A stretch of 64,000 nucleotides of DNA. It comes from an uncultured Gemmatimonadales bacterium (GTDB taxonomy: Bacteria > Gemmatimonadota > Gemmatimonadetes > Gemmatimonadales > GWC2-71-9). A program made the translations under genes and the position numbers. This document shows positions 39,903 to 48,617 of the stretch, piece after piece (the first letter of the stretch is position 1; every line of letters begins with the position of its first letter). Below the pieces are notes generated by a model that was not told the DNA's origin, did not search any database, and saw nothing but the letters and a program-made list of their open reading frames with translations. The DNA is taken from NCBI GenBank assembly GCA_963798915.1, contig CAWCVB010000006.1, positions 256,001 to 320,000 of the forward strand. Direction: 5' to 3'.

Positions 39903-41875
39903 CAGCGCCAGTCCTCGATCAACCGTGACGCGGGATCAGGCCAGTCCCCGATCATCTTCTCGCGATTCTGGGCAATCCCGGCCCCGCCATGGACCACGCC
40001 GCTGGATCGCACCATGGTCGAGCGGCGGCTGGATCCGCGTGTGCTCCCTCCCTCCAGCGCTTCGCGCGCAAGCAGCGCCGTCGGAGGCACACCGCGACTC
40101 TCAGCTGCGTGCAGCACCCGCTGCACCAGCCCCAGCGTGCTGCGCATCGAGTCGGCGGGGCGAGCCGCCACATAGGCCGCCAGTTCCGGATCCACCGCGT
40201 CGAGCTTGGCAGCCAGCAGACGTTCGACAGCGCGCTGCCTGAGCTCCCGGTCGGGTGAAGGCAGGTCAGCCACCAGCCCTCCCTCGAAGCGCGTCAGCAG
40301 GCGTGGTTCGATCCCGGACAGGTGGGCCGGCTGCACCCCGGCTGAAAAGACCATCTGACGGCCCTGCTCCTGGAATTCGTTGAACAACAGGAAGAGCTCT
40401 TCCTGGGACCGCTCCTTCCCTGCAAGGAACTGGATGTCATCCAGCAGCAGGGCATCGGCCCGCCGCCACCGGGCGCGCCAGCGCGGAACCGATTCCTGCT
40501 CGATGGCCGCGATCAATTCGTCCACGAACACCTGTGTGCTGGCGCACGCAACCCGCCGGCCACCCGCCGCGATCGCGTTGCCAACAGCATGCAAGAAGTG
40601 GGTCTTGCCATTCCCGCTCGGGCCGGCGATAACCAGCGGATTGTAGCGGGTGCCCGGTTCCTCGATGATGGCGCGAGCTGCCTGTACCGCCATGCGATTG
40701 CCCTGGCCCTCGAGGAAGGTGTCCAGGTTCCAGTGCGGGGAGGGCCCGGGTGGCGGCTCAGCCGCAGCCGCGGCGCGCTCCCGCAGCGCTTCCGCTGCCG
40801 CCAGCTGGTCCGGATTGCGGAGCACGGCGTCGCTGGCCAGGTCCGGTGCGAGATCCGCAACGTCGGCGTGGAGCACCCTGAGCCGTGCGACGTCACGTTC
40901 GAACGCAGCCAGTTCGGACGCCGGGTCCTCGGCCAGTTCCTGGTCGAGCAGCGCCGCCAGCCGGTCAACTCGATAGCCCTCTCCTTCCCAACGCAGCATC
41001 GCCTCGCCTATCCGGCGGCGCCATGACTCAACCTGCTCGGTGACCGTGGCCATGACGTCCTGAAGGAAGTCGGTGAACTCGTCTACCGGACCGGCGCCGA
41101 ACATCTCTCCGGCGACCGCGGGTACCGGCGCGCGCACAGGGCGCCGACCTGCGCTGCTCAGCTGCGCCGACGCCTCGCGGGCTTCCTCCGCGGTGATGGG
41201 AGCATCGCTCACGGCCTGCATCGCCGCGACGCGGTTCAGCGCGCCGAGCAGCTCGCGAACGCTCTCCGGCTCTGGCTCGGCGATGCCCTCCAGCACCGCG
41301 GCGGCCAGCTCCAACTGGCGCTGACCGGCGCGACGATGGAGGATCGCGACGCGCGTCTCGTAGTCGGGTATCCCGATGTCCACGACCAGTCCGCCCCCCA
41401 GCCGCCGCGCCAGGCGTTCATCCAGCGAGGGGATGTCGCCGGGCGGTCGGTCGCTGGCCAGGACCAGCTGGCGGCCGGCGGCGGCCATGGCATCGGTCAC
41501 CCGCAGGAGTTCGGCCTGCATTTCCCTCCGCCCGGCGAGGAACTGCACGTCGTCGAGCAGGAGCAGGTTCACTTCAAGCAATCGCCGGCGGTAGGCATCC
41601 CCACCACCGGACGCGATGGCCGCATGGAACGCCTCCAGGAACTCGTCGAGGGTCAGGTACTCCACCACCAGCTGGGCATTGATGGCGCGCGCGGCGTGGC
41701 CGATGGCGCCAAGGAGATGCGTCTTGCCGAGGCCGGGGCGCGCGTAGACGAACAGGGGGTTGTAGACCGCGCCGGGCGACTCGGCCACGGCGCGTGCCGC
41801 TGTGACGGCGAGCCGGTTCGCGCTGCCGACGACCAGCTCCTCGAACCGGAACTGCGGGGGAAGCTCGGCTGTCAT
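39902..41875 (-). CDS. Protein of two DnaA-type AAA+ domains (no DnaA domain I or IV)
   Basis: Two copies of N-R-x-A...YNPL...GxGKTH...LLLDD[VI]QFLAG...R[LF]xGGLV...[VM]R. Confidence 0.9.
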   Translation of the reverse strand: MTAELPPQFRFEELVVGSANRLAVTAARAVAESPGAVYNPLFVYARPGLGKTHLLGAIGHAARAINAQLVVEYLTLDEFLEAFHAAIASGGGDAYRRRLLEVNLLLLDDVQFLAGRREMQAELLRVTDAMAAAGRQLVLASDRPPGDIPSLDERLARRLGGGLVVDIGIPDYETRVAILHRRAGQRQLELAAAVLEGIAEPEPESVRELLGALNRVAAMQAVSDAPITAEEAREASAQLSSAGRRPVRAPVPAVAGEMFGAGPVDEFTDFLQDVMATVTEQVESWRRRIGEAMLRWEGEGYRVDRLAALLDQELAEDPASELAAFERDVARLRVLHADVADLAPDLASDAVLRNPDQLAAAEALRERAAAAAEPPPGPSPHWNLDTFLEGQGNRMAVQAARAIIEEPGTRYNPLVIAGPSGNGKTHFLHAVGNAIAAGGRRVACASTQVFVDELIAAIEQESVPRWRARWRRADALLLDDIQFLAGKERSQEELFLLFNEFQEQGRQMVFSAGVQPAHLSGIEPRLLTRFEGGLVADLPSPDRELRQRAVERLLAAKLDAVDPELAAYVAARPADSMRSTLGLVQRVLHAAESRGVPPTALLAREALEGGSTRGSSRRSTMVRSSGVVHGGAGIAQNREKMIGDWPDPASRLIEDWR

Positions 41876-42474
41876 CCCACGGCGCTTCCGGCTGCCAGCC
41901 GCCGCAAGACCTGCTCGGATATTCCCTTGAGCGTCTCGAACACCCCGCTGCCGTGAAGTGCGTCCGCCGGATAGCTGAGCACGTCGCGAAAATTCAGGGC
42001 TTCGTCCAGCGCCTCGCGAGACAGCACGAGGTCGGCCGGCAGATCCTGCTTGTTGTATTGCAGCACGACCGGCAGCGCCCGGATGTCCACGCCCTGCTCC
42101 AGGAGATTCTCCTGAAGGTTCTGCAGGCTCTCGAGGTTCTCGTCGAAGCGCGCAGCCTGGCTGTCCGCGACGAAGACCACACCGTCCGAGCCCTGCAGCA
42201 CCAGCTTTCTGGTGGAGTTGTAATAGGTCTGGCCCGGCACCGTGTAGAGCTGGAACCGGGTGGTAAAACCGCTGATCGAGCCAAGATCGATCGGGAGAAA
42301 GTCGAAGAAGAGGGTGCGATCGCCGTGGGTGGCAAGCGACACCATGCGCCCCCGCCGCCCCTCAGGCACCCGACCGAAGACGTACTGCAGGTTGGTCGTC
42401 TTGCCGGACCGTCCCGGTCCGTAATAGACAATCTTGCAGGTGATTTCGCGGGTCGTAAAATTGACGAGCGACAT
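41872..42474 (-). CDS. mglA: MglA-family small GTPase
   Basis: [52 protein letters not shown]. Confidence 0.96.
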   Translation of the reverse strand: MSLVNFTTREITCKIVYYGPGRSGKTTNLQYVFGRVPEGRRGRMVSLATHGDRTLFFDFLPIDLGSISGFTTRFQLYTVPGQTYYNSTRKLVLQGSDGVVFVADSQAARFDENLESLQNLQENLLEQGVDIRALPVVLQYNKQDLPADLVLSREALDEALNFRDVLSYPADALHGSGVFETLKGISEQVLRRLAAGSAVG

Positions 42475-42476
42475 GA

Positions 42477-42938
42477 TCAGCGTCCGAACAGCGCGTGCAG
42501 GCTGGCGTTGAGGTCATGTTCAAAATTTTCCGCCAGCACCGGTCCCTGGGGCGTCTCACGGGGCGCGGCGGCGGCGAGTTCCCGACAAAGGCGGCCGAAG
42601 AAGAGCTGCACCAGCCCGACACTGGTGTCATCACCGAATACGACGAGCCCGATCCAGCGTCCGCGCGGAGTGTCGAAAGCGGAGATGAACAGTCCATGCT
42701 CGGTGCCCTGGTGCACCAGTGCGCCAAAACCCGGCTCGCCCATGAGCCGCGCCACTTCAGACGTGGAGGCGACAATGCCGGCTCCGAGGGCCGACGCCGC
42801 CATGACATCGAGCGAGCGCGAAAAACCGTGTTGTGCCACCACCTGGCCCGCGGAGGTCATGAGCAGCACCAGTCGGGCCGAGGACTCGGACAGAAATGCG
42901 TCGAGCGGCTCTGCAACCCAGGGTTCGAGCGTGCGCAT
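42477..42938 (-). CDS. mglB: MglB-family roadblock protein (MglA GAP)
   Basis: ATG 42938 (TGATG); [47 protein letters not shown]-terminal helix; adjacent to mglA. Confidence 0.88.
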   Translation of the reverse strand: MRTLEPWVAEPLDAFLSESSARLVLLMTSAGQVVAQHGFSRSLDVMAASALGAGIVASTSEVARLMGEPGFGALVHQGTEHGLFISAFDTPRGRWIGLVVFGDDTSVGLVQLFFGRLCRELAAAAPRETPQGPVLAENFEHDLNASLHALFGR

Positions 42939-43285
42939 CAGCCGAGGCCTCGCGCTACCTCGAGCATCTCCAACCGCGCGAGGCCCAGGTTGGCATCGCG
43001 TGACGTCACCGCCACCACCAGGATCTCGGCGCCAGCCGGCACCGCCAGCACGGAGCCGAATTCGGCGCGAAGGTGCACCAGCTCCGGAGCCGGCATGCCG
43101 GCGGCCCGCGTGGCTCGGCCCAGCCGCCCGACGAGGCTCGACGCCAGTGCGGCGATGGCCTGGCCGTCTATGCCGTCCATGAGGGAGTCGGCGACGACCA
43201 GCCCGTCGGGCGCGGAGACGAGCATCGCGCCTCGCACGCCGCGGATCCCGCTCACTCGATCGAGGGTCGCGGTGAGGTCGTTCAC
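42938..43285 (-). CDS. Roadblock/LC7 protein (MglC-like paralogue)
   Basis: GTG 43285 (GTGA); IRGVRGAMLVSAPDGLVV, AIAALA, ANLGLARLEM. Confidence 0.85.
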   Translation of the reverse strand: MNDLTATLDRVSGIRGVRGAMLVSAPDGLVVADSLMDGIDGQAIAALASSLVGRLGRATRAAGMPAPELVHLRAEFGSVLAVPAGAEILVVAVTSRDANLGLARLEMLEVARGLG

Positions 43286-44142
43286 GGCAATCGCTCCAGC
43301 CATCGACGCGCGGCTGCGGCTGCCCGTTCGGCGATGACCGCGAGCCGTCCGGCGGGCACGCTGGCATCGCGCTTCAGCAGCAGGACAGTCGAGTCCGATG
43401 GGGCGCTGAGATGAAGATTGCCGCTCCCGCATTCGGCCACGACGCTCTGCCACGCCCCGAGGCCCAGCAGCCGGGCGGTGCGCGCCGCCTCACGCTGCAC
43501 CCCTGCCAGATGCGCGGCCACCGCATCGCTCACGTCATGATTGGCGACGTCCCGAAGCCCGCCGCCCAGCCGCAGACCGCTCTGGTCCAGCAGGAGCAGT
43601 CCGTCCTGTGCACCGTCGAAGCCCTTGAAGAGCTCGTCCTCCGCGACGTGGCCGGCCGTCGGGGAATCGTCCTCCTCCAGTGAGAAGGGCACCGACGCCT
43701 GTTGGGTGGCCACCGTCGGCGTGCTGGCACCCGCCTCTTTCTGCGCCATGGCATCGCGCACCCGCTCGATGGCGCGGTCGAGTCCGGCCGACCCATGCTG
43801 CTCATGCGCCAGCTCCAGGTGCCGCAGCGCCCTCGGCAGATCATCGGCCCGGAAATACAGGAAGCCGAGTCCCTTGTGGGCGCCGAGATGCCCGGGATCG
43901 CTCTGCAAGGCATCCATCCATGCGTCGAACGCCGCTTCGCCATTGCCCAGATCGCTGTGGATGCGCGCAAGCAGGTCGTGCGCATCGGCCAGTGCTGGAT
44001 AGCGCTGGACACCCGCCACGGCCACCTTGAGCGCTGCAGCCGCCTGGCCGCGACGCCGGAGAGCCTCGCCCAATTCGAGGAAGATCAGGCTGCCGGGATC
44101 GGACGCCAGTTCGGCAGTCATGGCCCGCACTTCGTCAGCCAT
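43282..44142 (-). CDS. TPR-roadblock fusion protein
   Basis: DPGSLIFLELGEALRRRG TPRs, acidic linker, then roadblock-like GLLLLDQSGL...VAAHLAG...PAGRL. Confidence 0.8.
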   Translation of the reverse strand: MADEVRAMTAELASDPGSLIFLELGEALRRRGQAAAALKVAVAGVQRYPALADAHDLLARIHSDLGNGEAAFDAWMDALQSDPGHLGAHKGLGFLYFRADDLPRALRHLELAHEQHGSAGLDRAIERVRDAMAQKEAGASTPTVATQQASVPFSLEEDDSPTAGHVAEDELFKGFDGAQDGLLLLDQSGLRLGGGLRDVANHDVSDAVAAHLAGVQREAARTARLLGLGAWQSVVAECGSGNLHLSAPSDSTVLLLKRDASVPAGRLAVIAERAAAAARRWLERLP

Positions 44143-45289
44143 GTACCATCCTCGTCGCCTGGCTCAGCAGCCTGGCAGCCTCGCGCATCCTGTTCACCCA
44201 GCCCCCTTGCGCATCTTCATCGGGTGGACGCGCCGGCAGCCTGCTCCATGCGTCCCACGTCTCAATCGCCTCCTCGAAACGGCCATCTCCCGCCAAGGCC
44301 ACACCCAGCAGCCGTCTCGCGGCGGCGTCGGCCGGATCCAGGTCGGCCGCCTGGCGAAAAATGTCCACCGCATCCATGGGCCGCCCGAGTGCCAGCAGGG
44401 CCCGCCCGTGCATCACCAACGTTGCCACCTGCACGCCAGGGGAAGCCTGCCTGGCCTCTTCCACCGCCGCGAGCGCGGCTCGGGCATTGCCGGCGATCAG
44501 ATAGGCGTCGGCTCGCGCCAGCAGTTCGGCGATCTCGCCGCCGACCGCGTCCGGCACCTTTCCCTGTTGCGGATCCTGAAGCAGGATGACTCCTGCCGTG
44601 GCAAGGCCAAACAACGTCCGGGCCACGTCGAAGTCGGACCGGCGAACGGCAGCTGCGAGGTCGCGCACGTTCCGGGTTCCATCCACCGCCGCGAGTACTT
44701 CCCATTCCGCCGGATGGAGATCCATCGGTCCAGCATCGCCTCCCTCAGGCACGACGAGAGAGGGCACCACGTCGAGATGCGGGATCCTGGATTCGATCCG
44801 GCTCCACTCGTCGATGCGGCGTGCGGCTTCCATGAGCAGCGCTTCCGTCGGGATGCGCACCGTCGCCTGCGCCGGCACCGCCTCAAGCGGTGCTTCTGAG
44901 AATGAGAAATACCCCTCGGACCAGCCCATCAGCTCAAAAATGACTTCTTCGACCTGCACCCGCATCTGCCGCTCCAACTCGCGACGCGTGATGGCACCGA
45001 TCTCGACCAGCACGTCTCCGAGGCGCCGTTCATCCCCTGCCTGCTGCATGTCACGTGCGCGATGCAGGTCGGCTTCGGCCAGCTTCCCCATCCGGACCAG
45101 CACCCGTCCCAAGGGGTGGGGATTGCTCTGAATCTCCGCCGCAACGACAGCACCCTTGTCGAAGTAGACCGTCCCGCCATTCTGGCGAAGCTCGGATGTG
45201 ACGCGCAGCATGCCGGTCTTGCGGGCCAGGTCAAGCAGCTGGAACACATCGTGGATCCCGAGCTCGCGCAGCGGGCCTTCAATTGGCAT
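44135..45289 (-). CDS. Second DUF4388 protein with MshEN-like motifs and TPRs
   Basis: EGPLRELGIHDVFQLL...TGML...VYFDKG, PLG/RLG 24-mers, WSEGYFSF, LLMEAARRIDEW. Confidence 0.85.
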   Translation of the reverse strand: MPIEGPLRELGIHDVFQLLDLARKTGMLRVTSELRQNGGTVYFDKGAVVAAEIQSNPHPLGRVLVRMGKLAEADLHRARDMQQAGDERRLGDVLVEIGAITRRELERQMRVQVEEVIFELMGWSEGYFSFSEAPLEAVPAQATVRIPTEALLMEAARRIDEWSRIESRIPHLDVVPSLVVPEGGDAGPMDLHPAEWEVLAAVDGTRNVRDLAAAVRRSDFDVARTLFGLATAGVILLQDPQQGKVPDAVGGEIAELLARADAYLIAGNARAALAAVEEARQASPGVQVATLVMHGRALLALGRPMDAVDIFRQAADLDPADAAARRLLGVALAGDGRFEEAIETWDAWSRLPARPPDEDAQGGWVNRMREAARLLSQATRMVHG

Positions 45290-47975
45290 GGTCAGCGCCT
45301 CCCGCGGTCAGGATATGCTGGAGGTCACGGGCGGATCGCGCCCGGCTCCGCGCAATCGTGGCCAGCTCGGTGGAGGGCCCGAGCTGCACCACGCGCTCCC
45401 ACGCATCCACCGCAGCCGTGAACTGTCGTTCCCGCGCCAACGCGACGCCGCGATAGAAGAGCGCCTCCGTTTGCTCGGGCAGGAAACGAAGGATGCGGGC
45501 AAACGCCTCCAGCCCTTGAGCCGTCCGGCCATCATCGAGGAGGGCCCGCCCCAGCAGCAGCAATGCGTCAAATTCGTAGGGGTCCGCCGAGAGCATGTCG
45601 ACCAGCAGGGCCACGGCGGCCCTGGGCGATTCGGTGCGCCGCGCGAGGTCGGCCCGCCCCAGGGCCGCAACGGTGAACGTTGGCAGCAGATCCAATGCGC
45701 GGCCATAGGCGGCGTTCGCTGCCGTCCAGTTCTCGCGCTGCTCTTCCAAACGGGCCAGCTCCAGCCATACCTGCACCAGTCCCGCATCGACACGGAGGGC
45801 TAACCGGCATGCGTCGAGCGCAGCATCCACGTCACCCAGCTGAGAGCAGATGACAGCCTGCAGCTGGTAGAGTTCCGGTTGACCAGGCGAGACCGCCAGC
45901 GCACTGCGAACGGCCTGCAACGCGCCCTCGAGGTCGTCGCCCGCGAGCCGGGCCTTGCCGAGGGCCGTGAGCACTTCCCCGTCGTCGGCTCGGGCACGCG
46001 CGAGCGACTCCGCAACCGGAATCGCCTCTGCGCCGCGTCCGAGCGCCACCAGCGCACGGACCTCACCCAGCGTTGCGCGCCAATCGTCCAGCCGGACCGA
46101 GCGTGCCTGGCGAAACTGCTCCAGTGCTTCGCCGTGGAGGCCCCGGCGCGCATGGATTTCACCCAGCAAGGCGGCCACGGCGCCGGCGTCGGCGCCTCGA
46201 GCGCGGGCGCGGCCCACCTCGGCATTGGCCAACTCGAGCAATCCCTTGGTCGCGTAGTCCCGCGCCAAGGCAAGTGGATCCTCCTCGGCCGCCAGCTCGG
46301 GTTCGTACGGGACGGTGGTCGTCAATTCGGCGAACAGGTTATCCAGGGTGCCCGACTCGAAATCGAACTCGCCCGCGAGCAATTCCCCACCCACATCGCT
46401 GGTGAGTGGGGGCGCAATGGCAATCGTCGGGTCTTCGTACTGGAGGTCGAGCGCCAGCGTGTACTTCTGGGGGACATAGAACGGCTCCAGCTCGAGCGCG
46501 CGCTTGGTCTCGCGCAGCGCACCGTCGAAATCCCCAAGCTGGCTCATCGTAAAGCTCAGGTTGTAGTGCGCTGACGCCAGCGAATCCTCAGCTTCCACCG
46601 CACGTTGAAACGCCGTGCGGGCTTCGCCATACCGCTTCAGTTCCATCAGGACCAGTCCGACGCCATTCCATGCGATGGCGTTGCGCGGCTCCTCGGCCAG
46701 GGCCGAGCGATAACCTTCCAAGGCGGGCTGCAACTCATGCCGCTGGAAGTGGAGCAATGCCAGATTGAGCCGCACCGTAATGGGAACGTGCGGGCCCCGT
46801 GCGGCGCGCCGGAAGGTTGCGAGCGTCGCCTCCGCGGCCGGATCCTGAGCACGCAGCACGCCGAGATTGTTCCACGCGATCACATAGTCGGGATCGAGGT
46901 CGACGGCACGAAGATACGAAGCCTCAGCGACGTCGCGGTGGCCCAGCTGCTGCAGGCAGACGCCACGCTCGGACCACAGCTTGGGTGACTCGGGAAACTC
47001 GTTCACGAGCTGGTCGTAGAGCTGCAGCGCCGCTGCGAGTTCTCGCCGAAGCAGCTCCACCTCGGCCATGGCCTGCAAGGCGAGGCGCCGATCCTCGCCG
47101 GCATCCAGCGCCAGCCGGTACTCGCGCAGGGCCTCGCTGAAATAGCCCTTCTGGCGAAAGGCCAGGCCGAGATTGAAGTGCGCCAGCGCGGCGTCGGTCA
47201 CCGGTTGCGGCACCGCGCGCGCCTGGCCGCCCGCGCCGTTTCCGCTCGCCCCGTTGCGCTGCAACATGAGGTTGGTCTGCGCGCGCGCCAGCGCCGGATT
47301 CAATTCAATGGCCCGCTTGGCCGCCTGCCGCGCCAGGCCATGCTGGCCCATGTCGCCGTGGACGAAGGCGAGCAGGTAGTGCGCGTCAGCATACTCCGGA
47401 TTCCGGGCCACGGCGCCCTGGAGGGCAGCCAGGGCCGGCTCGTTCAATCCGCGGTTGTAAAGCGTCTCGCCGTAATAGAACAGGGCCACCGAACTGTCGG
47501 GATCGCGGCGACACGCCTCGGCGAACCATTCGGTGGCCTCCTCGACCCGACCCCGCGCCCGCTCGCTGAGCCCCAGTTGCACCAGCACGGCCACATCGTG
47601 CGGGTGCCGCGCGAGCAGCGCCTGAAACTCGTCGGCAGCAGCATCATGCTGGCCCAGCGAGGCGTAGGCGCGGCCGAGCTCCCAGCGCGCGTCTCGCTCG
47701 TCTGGATTGTTCCGGAGGCGACCCTGCAGTTCGGCGACCCGATGGTCGTAATGGCCACTGTCGCGATAGGCAATTTCGAGATTGGTCTGCGCGATGGTCA
47801 TGCGCGAGTCCAGCTCGAGCGCCCGCTGGAAGGCCGCCACCGCTTCGGGAATCAGTCCTTTGTGGTAGTAGAGCACGCCGAGGTTGTTGTGCGCCCCGGC
47901 ATCGGCGGGATCGATGCGCCGCGCGAACGACCGCAGTGCCGACAGGTCGTGTTCGGACAGTACGGGCGCAGGCAT
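45279..47975 (-). CDS. Large cytoplasmic multi-TPR protein (898 aa)
   Basis: Many canonical TPRs (AHNNLGVLY, AHFNLGLAF, AWNNLGVL, AWNGVGLVL, AHYNLSF); no signal peptide or catalytic domain seen. Confidence 0.9.
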   Translation of the reverse strand: MPAPVLSEHDLSALRSFARRIDPADAGAHNNLGVLYYHKGLIPEAVAAFQRALELDSRMTIAQTNLEIAYRDSGHYDHRVAELQGRLRNNPDERDARWELGRAYASLGQHDAAADEFQALLARHPHDVAVLVQLGLSERARGRVEEATEWFAEACRRDPDSSVALFYYGETLYNRGLNEPALAALQGAVARNPEYADAHYLLAFVHGDMGQHGLARQAAKRAIELNPALARAQTNLMLQRNGASGNGAGGQARAVPQPVTDAALAHFNLGLAFRQKGYFSEALREYRLALDAGEDRRLALQAMAEVELLRRELAAALQLYDQLVNEFPESPKLWSERGVCLQQLGHRDVAEASYLRAVDLDPDYVIAWNNLGVLRAQDPAAEATLATFRRAARGPHVPITVRLNLALLHFQRHELQPALEGYRSALAEEPRNAIAWNGVGLVLMELKRYGEARTAFQRAVEAEDSLASAHYNLSFTMSQLGDFDGALRETKRALELEPFYVPQKYTLALDLQYEDPTIAIAPPLTSDVGGELLAGEFDFESGTLDNLFAELTTTVPYEPELAAEEDPLALARDYATKGLLELANAEVGRARARGADAGAVAALLGEIHARRGLHGEALEQFRQARSVRLDDWRATLGEVRALVALGRGAEAIPVAESLARARADDGEVLTALGKARLAGDDLEGALQAVRSALAVSPGQPELYQLQAVICSQLGDVDAALDACRLALRVDAGLVQVWLELARLEEQRENWTAANAAYGRALDLLPTFTVAALGRADLARRTESPRAAVALLVDMLSADPYEFDALLLLGRALLDDGRTAQGLEAFARILRFLPEQTEALFYRGVALARERQFTAAVDAWERVVQLGPSTELATIARSRARSARDLQHILTAGGADHAN

Positions 47976-47984
47976 CTCGACGTC

Positions 47985-48605
47985 CTACGGCAGGCGGATA
48001 GCGTCGAAAATGGCGCGGAGCGAAGGCATGTCCGGCAGGAGGAGGAAGTGCCCGTTGAGGCGCTCGCGCTCCTTCCCGACCTGGAAGGAGGTTTCGACGC
48101 AGAAGACGAACTCGCGTTCCTGGCCAAAATTCAGATAGGTGCTGGTGATGACCGCGGCGCTCTGGTCCACCACCAGGCCCGGCACCGACGGGACCAGCAT
48201 CATGCCCATGAAGTCACTCAGCGCATTCAGGTAGGCGCTGACCAGGATGTTGCCAACCTCCTTGAGGCCGCTCTGCTCCATTTCATGGAATTTGGTGGTG
48301 GCGCCTTCCGCACGGTTGAACAGGATGTCACACAAGCGGCGCGCGGCGTCGTCCGGAAACAGGATGAGCGTCCGGCCCGTGAGGTCACCCATCATCTGCA
48401 TCAGCACGGCGGCCACCACGGCATCGGGAGCGCCGAGCAGGTCGGCCACCTCCTCGAGGGGCCGAACGTTGACCTCCGGTACGCTGATCATGATCGTGCG
48501 GTTGGTCATCTGCGAGAGCGCCGTCGCGGCGTGACCCGCCCCGATGTTGGCAACCTCGCGCAGCGCATCCAGCTGCAGATCCTTGAGCCCGCGGGCGTCT
48601 TCCAT
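47985..48605 (-). CDS. cheC: CheY-P phosphatase CheC
   Basis: DALREVANIGAGHAATALS and SGLKEVGNIL (two ExxN sites). Confidence 0.95.
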   Translation of the reverse strand: MEDARGLKDLQLDALREVANIGAGHAATALSQMTNRTIMISVPEVNVRPLEEVADLLGAPDAVVAAVLMQMMGDLTGRTLILFPDDAARRLCDILFNRAEGATTKFHEMEQSGLKEVGNILVSAYLNALSDFMGMMLVPSVPGLVVDQSAAVITSTYLNFGQEREFVFCVETSFQVGKERERLNGHFLLLPDMPSLRAIFDAIRLP

Positions 48606-48617
48606 GCGGTCCTCGAG

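Noticed and set aside
39902..41875. Calling this gene the replication initiator dnaA with a nearby oriC
   Set aside because: No domain I or IV, no dnaN/recF/gyrB context, and no intergenic space or DnaA-box cluster seen
45279..47975. O-GlcNAc transferase call for the 898-aa TPR protein
   Set aside because: TPRs are OGT-like but no GT41 catalytic domain follows
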